64,000 nt of DNA from assembly GCA_964016885.1 (NCBI GenBank), contig OZ024745.1, positions 31,000,001-31,064,000 of the forward strand. Reading direction: 5' to 3'. Below the pieces are notes generated by a model that saw nothing but the letters and a program-made list of their open reading frames with translations, searched no databases and was not told where the DNA came from. Source of the stretch: Eledone cirrhosa (taxonomy: Eukaryota). Positions 27,880 to 39,800 of the stretch are shown piece by piece; positions within the stretch are counted from its first letter, which is position 1; each line of letters opens with the position of its first letter. The translations under genes were made by a program, and so were the position numbers.

Positions 27880-30800
27880 GTATGTGTATTTAAATATTTC
27901 TAACATTGGCTCAATGCCAGCAATATGAAAGAAAGGAAAAGGTTGATTATATTGATCCTGGAAGGATAAAGACAGTTTACTTCGGCAGGATTTGAACTCA
28001 GGACTTTGAAATTCATAACTACTTGTTACAATCATGTGTAATTTAAACTGTATTTGATACAATCATCATCCTCTTATGTCCGTTTCTCCATGCTAGCATG
28101 TGTTGGATGGGTCCTTTCCAGCACAATTCAACTGTGAGCTTCAATGATTTGAGATCAGCTCTCACCATCTCTGCTTAGGTCTTCTTTGGCCTACTTCAAC
28201 TATAGCTCCCTTCCACTAGGATTTCTATGCACTTCTTCACCCAATGATCATCATCGGTTTGCATCACATGTCCATACCAGCACAGTCTTAACACAATATT
28301 TAACTCTTTTTTTTTTTTTTTCATTATACCTAACTGCCTGAAACTGCTCTTGGTTCTATAATACAAAATTGTTTGTAAAGTATTTATATTTATCTAAAAA
28401 CCTTCCAAAATGATTTTTATTAAGTTATGGTTAGTTATGAGAACATTCATTATATTAGTAAATCTCTCAAAATTATTAATTATTTGAAAGTTATAGATAG
28501 TCATTCATTAGAAATATGGTAACAAAGCAATTTGGATTAAAACACCAACAGAATCAATTTCCTTGATTAAAATGCACCAGCAATACATTGGGGGCCAAGT
28601 GCTTTGATTCTATTCTAGTCTTTAATCAAAAGCAAAAAAAAATAAAATATCCTCTTGTAATAGTTTGTTCTGTTTCAGTGGCATTGCAGTGCAGAGGGAA
28701 GTAGAAATATCACAGATTTGGCAACTAGATATCAAGTCTGTGGTCCTTAGTTGCTGTAAATACTTTCATATTTATATCTCTAATGAAAAGCACTGCCTCT
28801 TATTTTCAAATCATTTGGAAAATAGTCGAGAATTTGAGGGTTATTTGTGCGTCATTTCCTGCTGGTGTTATAAAAAATTCACCCAGTATAACCTGTAAAG
28901 TTGTTGGTGATAGGAAGGGCACCCAACTATAGAAAACCTGCCAAACAAAGGTTCAGAGGGGCTCTTCAGTTGTGTCAAAGGCATAACAACCTGCTTAGTG
29001 CTGATGCCACAATAAAATGCACATGGTGCACTCTGTAGCATGAAGGAATGTAAGTATGAAGTGGGTCTCTGGCCCATCTAAGCAGTCAGTAGCTCTAAGT
29101 ACTGGCTTGGTCTGTGATGACCCATTCAATCTTTGCTAGCAGGGAAAACAGACGTTCAATGAGGGTGATGAATGTCTTTGACTTTAGGTTAGATTTATTG
29201 TGTAAGATTCTAATCTTTGAGAAAATATTAAAATTTCTTTTTTCTTTACAAAGACTGAAGTGGTTAAATGACATTGTTTCAATGATTAATTATTATTAGT
29301 GTCAAAATTAAAACACAACTCATTATTACATATTCTCTTCATTAAACTGATTACCATTTGTTTTCAGGAATGATAATTTTAAAGTCCCATCTGTTCTCGG
29401 CTTATCAAAACCTGAGAAGGAACAAAGTCACCATCCTAACACTGTACCTCATAAGAAATCCCCTTGTTCTTCTCCAAGGGCTACCAATAATGAAAATGTG
29501 GACCCTAATAAGCAGCTGCCTAGAAGCACTTCAGAAGCACCTAATTTAATTGCAGATACACCTGGAAAACCAATCAATCTCCTCTGCAAACAGTTGTCAG
29601 CACTGGCACTGGTTACACCTGATGGAATGCCGATAAGTAATAAGAGTGACCAAGTAAAAGGTAAAAAAGTAAAACTTCCGTTTTCAGAACCTTTTAATGA
29701 TGGTAATCAATTTACTGTGGAAAATCTTTTTGGTAAAACTGCAGAAAATCCTTTTTGTAAAACCAAAGGAGGTAGCATAGATAAGACCAAGGAAAATAGC
29801 TTTGGTAAGATTGAGGAAAGTACCTTTGGTAAGACTGAGGAAATCTGCAGTAATTTTATCGGCACTCGTCGCAAGGCATTGATCATTACAGATGACGAGG
29901 AATTTTTCACTGATGCTGCAGAATATTTCAAAAGTGAAGACTTTGACAATGCCAATTTAAGTGAAGAGGATGCTTTTAAGTCTCTAGAATCATCTCCAAA
30001 AACTTCAAATATTGTAACCACTGATAAAACAAGCAATGATGCAGCTGAGAGAAAGTCAGAAAATGGTGATCCTGAGACTGATGATGACACACAGGTAGCA
30101 TTGACTCAGGAAAAGTTTTCTGAAGACAATATTCAGAAAGCTTTAGAAAATATGAGCTCGATATATAATCCAGATATTGCTGGAGACAATATCCAGAAGC
30201 CTGATATTCACAATATAGTTGACCATTCCAGGAAAAGCTATGATATCCGTAACTCTCCAGTTCCACAAGACTTTAATGAACCTGTTATCACATTCCAATG
30301 TGAGGAACAAATCCCAAATTCTCCAGTCCAATTGCAGAGAAAAGTCCTGGAACCTGTTGACCATTTCCAATGTAAGAAGCAGATCCCTAATTCACCAGCT
30401 CCACAAGAGAAAGTCGCTGACATTGTTGACCCTTTCCAGTGTAAGGGACAGATCTCTAATTCACCAGCTCCACAAGAGAAAGAAGTCGCTGATACTGTTG
30501 ACCCTTTCCAGTCTAAGAAACAGATCCCTAATGCACCAGCTCCACATGAGAAAGTCCCTGTTAATGTTGACCCGTTCCAATGTAAGAAACAGATCCTTAA
30601 TTCACCAGCTCCACAAGAGAAAGTTCCTGATACTGTTGAGCCTTTCCAGTGTAAGGGACAGATACCTAATTCACCGGCTCCACAAGAGAAGGTCCCTGAT
30701 GCCGTTGACTCTTTCCAATGTAAGAAACAGATCCCTAATTCACCAGCTCCACAAGAGAAAGAAGTCGCTGATACTGTTGACCCGTTCCAGTCTAAGAAAC

Positions 30801-33800
30801 AGATCCCTAATTCACCAGCCTCACAAGGGAAAGTCACTGGTGCTCTTGACCCTTTGCAATGTAAGAAACAGATCCCTAATTCACCAGCTTCACAAGAGAA
30901 AGTCGCTGATACTCTTGACCCTTTCCAGTGTAAGAAACAGATCCCTAATTCACCAGCTCCACAAGAGAAAGAGGTCACTGGCACTGTTGACCCTTTCCAG
31001 TGTAAGGGACAGATCCCTAATTCGCCAGCTCCACAAGGGAAAGTTCCTGATGCTGTTGACACTTTCCAGTGTAAGAAACAGATCCCTAATTCACCAGCTC
31101 CACAAGAAAAAGTTCCTGACACTGTTGACCCTTTCCAGTGTAAGAAACAGATCCCTAATTCAGCCCCACAAGAAAAAGTCACTGATACTGTTGGCCCTTT
31201 CCAATGTAAGAAACAGATCCCTAATTCACCAGCTCCACAAGAGAAAGAAGTCGCTGATGCTGTTGACCCGTTCCAGTCTAAGAAACAGATCCCTAATTCA
31301 CCAGCCTCACAAGGGAAAGTCACTGGTGCTCTTGACCCTTTGCAATGTAAGAAACAGATCCCTAATTCACCAGCTTCACAAGAGAAAGTCGCTGATACTG
31401 TTGACCCTTTCCAGTGTAAGAAACAGATCCCTAATTCACCAGCTCCACAAGAGAAAGAGGTCACTGGCACTGTTGACCCTTTCCAGTGTAAGGGACAGAT
31501 CCCTAATTCGCCAGCTCCACAAGGGAAAGTTCCTGATGTTGTTGACACTTTCCAGTGTAAGAAACAGATCCCTAATTCACCAGCTCCACAAGAAAAAGTT
31601 CCTGACACTGTTGACCCTTTCCAGTGGAAGAAACAGATCCCTAATTCAGCCCCACAAGAAAAAGTCACTGATACTGTTGGCCCTTTCCAATGTAAGAAAC
31701 AGATCCCTAATTCACCAGCTCCACAAGAGAAAGAAGTCGCTGATACTGTTGACCCGTTCCAGTCTAAGAAACAGATCCCTAATTCACCAGCCTCACAAGG
31801 GAAAGTCACTGGTGCTCTTGACCCTTTGCAATGTAAGAAACAGATCCCTAATTCACCAGCTCCACAAGAGAAAGAGGTCACTGGCACTGTTGACCCTTTC
31901 CAGTGTAAGGGACAGATCCTTAATTCACCAGCTCCACAAGGGAAAGTTCCTGATACTGTTGACCCTTTCCAATGTAAGGGACATATCCCTAATTCACCAG
32001 TTCTACAAGAGAAAGTCACTGATACTGTTGACCCTTTCCAATGTAAGGGACACATCCCTAATTCACCAGCTCCACCAGAGAAAGTCACTGATACTGTTGA
32101 CCCTTTACAATGTAAGAGACAGATCCCTAACTCACCATCCCCACAAGAAAAAGTCACTGATACTGTTGACCCTTTCCAATGTAAGGGACAGATCCCTAAT
32201 TCACCAGCTCCACAAGAGAAAGTCACTGATACTGTTGACCCTTTCCAGTGTAAGGGACAGATCCCTAATTCACCAGCTCCACAAGAGAAAGTCACTGATA
32301 CTGTTGACCCTTTCCAATGTAAGGGACAGATCCCTAATTCACCAGCCCCACAAGACAAAGTCACTGATACTGTTGACCCTTTCCAATGTAAGGGACAGAT
32401 CCCTAATTCACCAGCTCCACAAGAGAAAGTCACTGATACTGTTGACCCTTTCCAATGTAAGGGACAGATCCCTAATTCACCAGCCCCACAAGACAAAGTC
32501 ACTGATAATGTTGACCCTTTCCAATGTAAGGGACAGATCCCTAATTCACCAGCTCCACAAGAGAAAGACACTGATACTGTTGACCCTTTCCAGTGTAAGA
32601 AACAGATCCCTAATTCACCAGCTTCACAAGAGAAAGTCACTGATAATGTTGACCCTTTCCAGTGTAAGAAACAGATCCCTAATTCACCAGCTCCACAAGA
32701 GAAAGTCACTGATACTGTTGACCCTTTCCAATGTAAGGGACAGATCCCTAATTCACCAGCTCAAGAGAAAGTCACTGACACTGTTGACCCTTTCCAATGT
32801 GAGAAACAGATCCCTAATTCACCATCTCCACATGAGAAAGTCGCTGATACTGTTGACCCTTTCAAATGTAAGAAACAGATCCCTAATTCACCAGCCCCAC
32901 AAGAGAAAGTCACTGATACTCTTGACCCTTTCCAATGTAAGGGACAGATCCCTAATTCACCAGCCCCACAAGAGAAAGTCACTGACACTGTTGACCCTTT
33001 CCAGTGTAAGGGACAGATCCCTAATTCACCAGCCCCACAAGAGAAAGTCACTGATACTGTTGACCCTTTCCAGTGTAAGGGACAGATCCCTAATTCACCA
33101 GTCCCACAAGAGAAAGTCACTGACACTGTTGACCCTTTCCAGTGTAAGGGACAGATCCCTAATTCACCAGCCCCACAAGAGAAAGTCACTGATACTGTTG
33201 ACCCTTTCCAGTGTAAGGGACAGATCCCTAATTCACCAGCCCCACAAGAGAAAGTCACTGATACTGTTGACCCTTTCCATTGTAAGGGACAGATCCCTAA
33301 TTCACCGGCTCCTCAAGAGAAAGTCACTGATAATGTTGACCCTTTCCAATGTAAGAAACAGATCCCTAATTCACCAGTCCCACAAGAGAAAGTCAATGAT
33401 ACTGTTGACCCTTTCCAATGTAAGGGACAGATCCCTAATTCACCAGCCCCACAAGAGAAAGTCACTGATAATGTTGACCCTTTCCAGTGTAAGGGACAGA
33501 TCCCTAATTCACCAGTCCCACAAAAGAAAGTCACTGATACTTTTGACCCTTTCCAATGTAAGGGACAGATCCCTAATTCACCAGCCCCACAAGAGAAAGT
33601 CACTGACACTGTTGACCCTTTCCAGTGTAAGGGACAGATCCCTAATTCACCAGCCCCACAAGAGAAAGTCACTGACACTGTTGACCCTTTCCAGTGTAAG
33701 GGACAGATCCCTAATTCACCAGCCCCACAAGAGAAAGTCACTGATACTGTTGACCCTTTCCATTGTAAGGGACAGATCCCTAATTCACCAGCTCCTCAAG

Positions 33801-36800
33801 AGAAAGTCACTGATAATGTTGACCCTTTCCAATGTAAGAAACAGATCTTTAATTCACCAGTCCCACAAGAGAAAGTCACTGATACTGTTGACCCTTTCCA
33901 GTGTAAGGGACAGATTCCTAATTCACCAGCCCTACAAGAGAAAGTCACTGATACTGTTGACCCTTTCCAATGTAAGGGACAGATCCCTAATGCACCAGCC
34001 CCACAAGAGAAAGCCACTGATAATGTTGACCCTTTCCAGTGTAAGGGACAGATCCCTAATTCACCAGTCCCACAAAAGAAAGTCACTGATACTTTTGACC
34101 CTTTCCAATGTAAGGGACAGATCCCTAATTCACCAGCCCCACAAGAGAAAGTCACTGACACTGTTGACCCTTTCCAGTGTAAGGGACAGATCCCTAATTC
34201 ACCAGCCCCACAAGAGAAAGTCACTGACACTGTTGACCCTTTCCAGTGTAAGGGACAGATCCCTAATTCACCAGCCCCACAAGAGAAAGTCACTGATACT
34301 GTTGACCCTTTCCATTGTAAGGGACAGATCCCTAATTCACCAGCTCCTCAAGAGAAAGTCACTGATAATGTTGACCCTTTCCAATGTAAGAAACAGATCC
34401 CTAATTCACCAGTCCCACAAGAGAAAGTCACTGATACTGTTGACCCTTTCCAGTGTAAGGGACAGATCCCTAATTCACCAGCCCTACAAGAGAAAGTCAC
34501 TGATACTGTTGACCCTTTCCAATGTAAGGGACAGATCCCTAATTCACCAGCCCCACAAAAGAAAGTCACTGATACTTTTGACCCTTTCCAATGTAAGGGA
34601 CAGATCCCTAATTCACCAGCCCCACAAGAGAAAGTCACTGACACTGTTGACCCTTTCCAGTGTAAGGGACAGATCCCTAATTCACCAGCTCCACAAGAGA
34701 AAGTCACTGATAATGTCCCTTTCCAGTGTAAGAAACAGATCCCTAATTCACCAGTCCGACAAGAGAAAGTCACTGATACTGTTGACCCTTTCCAGTGTAA
34801 GGGACAGATCCCTAATTCACCAGCCCCACAAAAGAAAGTCACTGATACTGTTGACCCTTTCCAATGTAAGGGACAGATCCCTAATTCACCAGCGCCACAT
34901 GAGAAAGTCACTGATATTGTTGACCCTTTCCAGTGTACGGGACATATCCCTAATTCACCAGCCCCACAAGAGAAAGTCACTGATACTGTTGACCCTTTCC
35001 AATGTAAGGGACAGATCCCTAATTCACCAGCCCCACCAGAGAAAGTCACTGATACTGTTGACCCTTTCCAATGTAAGAAACAGATCCCTAATTCACCAGC
35101 TCCACAAGAGAAAGTCACTGATACTGTTGACCCTTTCCAATGTAAGAAACAGATCCCTAATTCACCAGCTCCACAAGAGAAAGTCACTGATACTGTTGAC
35201 CCTTTCCAGTGTAAGGGACAGATCCCTAATTCACCAGCCCTGCAAGAGAAAGTCACTGATAAAGTTGACCCTTTCCAATGTAAGAAACAGATCCCTAATT
35301 CACCAGCCCCACAAGAGAAAGTCACTGATAATGTTGACCCTTTCCAATGTAAGAAACAGATCCCTAATTCACCAGCCCCACAAGAGAAAGTCACTGATAA
35401 TGTTGACCCTTTCCAATGTAAGGGACAGATCCCTAATTCACCAGCCCCACAAGAGAAAGTAACTGATACTGTTGATCCTTTCCAGTGTAAGGGACAGATC
35501 CCTAATTCACCAGCTCTACAAGAGAAAGTCACTGATACTGTTGACCCTTTCCAGTGTAAGGGACAGATCCCTAATTCACCAGCCCTACAAGAGAAAGTCA
35601 CTGATACTGTTGACCCTTTCCAATGTAAGGGACAGATCCCTAATTCACCAGCCCCACAAAAGAAAGTCACTGATACTTTTGACCCTTTCCAATGTAAGGG
35701 ACAGATCCCTAATTCACCAGCCCCACAAGAGAAAGTCACTGACACTGTTGACCCTTTCCAGTGTAAGGGACAGATCCCTAATTCACCAGCTCCACAAGAG
35801 AAAGTCACTGATAATGTCCCTTTCCAGTGTAAGAAACAGATCCCTAATTCACCAGTCCGACAAGAGAAAGTCACTGATACTGTTGACCCTTTCCAGTGTA
35901 AGGGACAGATCCCTAATTCACCAGCCCCACAAAAGAAAGTCACTGATACTGTTGACCCTTTCCAATGTAAGGGACAGATCCCTAATTCACCAGCGCCACA
36001 TGAGAAAGTCACTGATATTGTTGACCCTTTCCAGTGTACGGGACATATCCCTAATTCACCAGCCCCACAAGAGAAAGTCACTGATACTGTTGACCCTTTC
36101 CAATGTAAGGGACAGATCCCTAATTCACCAGCCCCACCAGAGAAAGTCACTGATACTGTTGACCCTTTCCAATGTAAGAAACAGATCCCTAATTCACCAG
36201 CTCCACAAGAGAAAGTCACTGATACTGTTGACCCTTTCCAATGTAAGAAACAGATCCCTAATTCACCAGCTCCACAAGAGAAAGTCACTGATACTGTTGA
36301 CCCTTTCCAGTGTAAGGGACAGATCCCTAATTCACCAGCCCCGCAAGAGAAAGTCACTGATAAAGTTGACCCTTTCCAATGTAAGAAACAGATCCCTAAT
36401 TCACCAGCCCCACAAGAGAAAGTCACTGATAATGTTGACCCTTTCCAATGTAAGAAACAGATCCCTAATTCACCAGCCCCACAAGAGAAAGTCACTGATA
36501 ATGTTGACCCTTTCCAATGTAAGGGACAGATCCCTAATTCACCAGCCCCACAAGAGAAAGTAACTGATACTGTTGATCCTTTCCAGTGTAAGGGACAGAT
36601 CCCTAATTCACCAGCTCTACAAGAGAAAGTCACTGATACTGTTGACCCTTTCCAGTGTAAGGGACAGATCCCTAATTCACCAGCCCCGCAAGAGAAAGTC
36701 ACTGATAAAGTTGACCCTTTCCAATGTAAGAAACAGATCCCTAATTCACCAGCCCCACAAGAGAAAGTCACTGATAATGTTGACCCTTTCCAATGTAAGA

Positions 36801-39800
36801 AACAGATCCCTAATTCACCAGCCCCACAAGAGAAAGTCACTGATAATGTTGACCCTTTCCAATGTAAGGGACAGATCCCTAATTCACCAGCCCCACAAGA
36901 GAAAGTAACTGATACTGTTGATCCTTTCCAGTGTAAGGGACAGATCCCTAATTCACCAGCTCTACAAGAGAAAGTCACTGATACTGTTGACCCTTTCCAA
37001 TGTAAGGGACATATCCCTAATTCACCAGCCCCACAAGAGAAAGTCACTGACACTGTTGACCCTTTCCAGTGTAAGGGACAGATCCCTAATTCACCAGCTC
37101 CACAAGAGAAAGTCACTGATAATGTCCCTTTCCAATGTAAGGGACAGATCCCTAATTCATCAGCCCCACAAGAGAAAGTAACTGATACTGTTGATCCTTT
37201 CCAGTGTAAGGGACAGATCCCTAATTCACCAACCCCACAAGAGAAAGTCACTGATACTGTTGACCCTTTCCAATGTAAGAAACAGATCCCTAATTCACCA
37301 GCCCCACAAGAGAAAGTCACTGATACTGTTGACCCTTTCCAATGCAAGGCACAGATCCCTAATTCACCAGCCCCACAAGAGAAAGTCACTGATACTGTTG
37401 ACTCTTCCCATTGTAAAAAACAGATCCCTAATTCACCAGCCCCACAAGAGAAAGTCACTGATACTGTTGACCCTTCCCATTGTAAAAAACAGATCCCTAA
37501 TTCACCAGCCCCACAAGAGAAAGTCACTGATACTGTTGACCCTTCCCATTGTAAAAAACAGATCCCTAATTCACCAGCCCCACAAGAGAAAGTCACTGAT
37601 ACTGTTGACCCTTCCCATTGTAAAAAACAGATCCCTAATTCACCAGCTCAGGAAAGGAAGTCATCCAATGATACTACTGATTCTTTCAAATATAAAAACG
37701 TTATCCCTAATTCTCCAAATGCTCTACAGAGTAATGTTTTCCCCTCTGTATTGTCAACCAATGAAGAGTGTGTGGATATTACCAATAACACTGAAAATTC
37801 TAAGATGGGCAGCAAAGCTGTTTCCACCATGGTTAACAAGGAATCAGAACAACAGAATTCTAACTTGTCATCTTCTGAAGGAGATAAACAGCAAGAGGTG
37901 ACCAAGTCATTACAGCTCCTTGACACCTGTGAACCTATCATTTCTGGCTTGACTACTGAAACTCAAAACATGTCACCTGAGCAGTTAGGATTTAAATCTG
38001 CGCAGAAAGGTATTTTGTCTTTCTTTTTTATTTATTTATGTTAATGGTTTTCTTTATTTTAAAGGCATGTGGTTAAGGTGGTGGACTCACAATCATAAGT
38101 TTGTGTGTTCGATTCCTGGACTCATTGCATTGTTCTTGAACCAGGTGCTTTATATCACATTACTTTCCATAAGACTGGTCCCTGTCGTTAAACCATTAGC
38201 ATTTACATTACTCTATATATACTATTATATTTTCACAGTAAACATTTTACCTCATATAATTATCTCGCATAATATCGAATCTATGAGAATGATATTCATT
38301 TTGAGAACAATACCTTAACATCGGTATGGCCAGTTTGAACAGAAAGAGTTGAGAATTCTGGCCTGATATGGGCGGTTTAAATGCTAAAGGATTAAACCAC
38401 TCGAAAAACCTACTTATGTGATGCAATTTCATTGTAATCGATTTAAACCTACATAGGTGTGAGCTGTAACTTTATATGGTGTACTAGGTATATTTTATCA
38501 TGGCAACAACACTAGAGAAGTTGTCATGTCCTCAGCAGGTCCAATGTTCCTCTCAACCTTGCACTATCTTTATTTGAATGCCAACCACTTCTATCATGGC
38601 ACCTGTACTATTGAGGTTGTCTTGAATCTTACAAGACTAAAGAGTCTTCACTGCTCACCATTATCTCCATACAGTGTGGTCAAGAGGGTGAATAGAAGAG
38701 AGTAATGACAGAACTAAGGTGAGTGAGGGAAGAAAGCAAAAGTATGAGAAAGAGAGTTGGTGTTTGATATGAGTAGGAGAAACAATAATGACAAACTAGT
38801 GGAAGAATCATTTGTATTCTGCAATAATTTTCTTCAACCATTTAAAAAAATTTATATTGTAGGATTTACCTGTGATGACGATGATTGGGAGTTGTTAAAC
38901 AGCAATAAAACTATTGTAAGTATATTTTTGTCACTCTAATGGATAGAGCGTAAAGGTAGGGTGGTGGGCTTGTAATCTGGAGTTCAATTTTCAGACAAGG
39001 CAGTGTGTTGTATCATTAAAGCACTTGATTTCACGGTGTTCCAGTTCATTCAACTGCTATGACACTGATGACAAGCTGTATCAGCCTTTCCCTTGGACAA
39101 CATCATACATAGTATATAGTATATTGAGTGTATATATAATGTATGTGTTGCCATGTCACTAGTGCAAAACTATCAACTTTTGCCTTATGTCCAACATTGG
39201 TGGCATGAAGAGGTGGAAACTGGAATGCATGGGTCACCACTGGGCTTGTACCTTGGAGAACTTTCCAGCTGCAACACCTCTGATCCAAAGGGACCTTTGA
39301 CATTTTAACCCTTTTGTTACCATATTTCTAATGAAATACATTGCTCAATTAATTTTGAAAATAATTTAAAATTTGGTTGAATTTGAATAAAATAATTAAC
39401 TTGTTTGTTATTAAGCTGGTGACTGAATAAAAATTTCTTACATAAAATTATGATGGAAGGTTTTAATAAAATATAAACACTCTAAAACAAGTAGTTTTGT
39501 ATAACAGAATCAGCTAGTTTTGGGCAGGATGGTATCGGAAGGATTACCATGATATCTAAAATAATGGCCTGTGAATTTATGAATTGCTAAGATACCATTT
39601 TAAACTTTATACTCGTGTCATAAGAGCGCCAACGAATCTGTCAATGGATTCAGTAAAGTCCTTGCAATACAATCCACAATCATAACAATATGAGCTGACT
39701 TCTTTGTTTTATGCTAACTTAATGCGGTTTTTATTACAAAAAGAAAATGCTTTAGAGAAGTAGCAGTTTAACTCTTAGACAATTTGGTACTGCACTTGTT

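Noticed and set aside
28679-28898. Possible extra TACC exon after ttctgtttcag, in a compatible phase
   Set aside because: No convincing in-phase donor or conserved content, and the model is complete without it.
30219-37901. Long alternative-frame (+, up to 1747 aa) and antisense (up to 1082 aa) ORFs over the array
   Set aside because: By-products of a stop-free 69-bp unit. They are broken by synonymous changes in the TACC frame (e.g. gtc to gta creating TAA), whereas the TACC frame never is.
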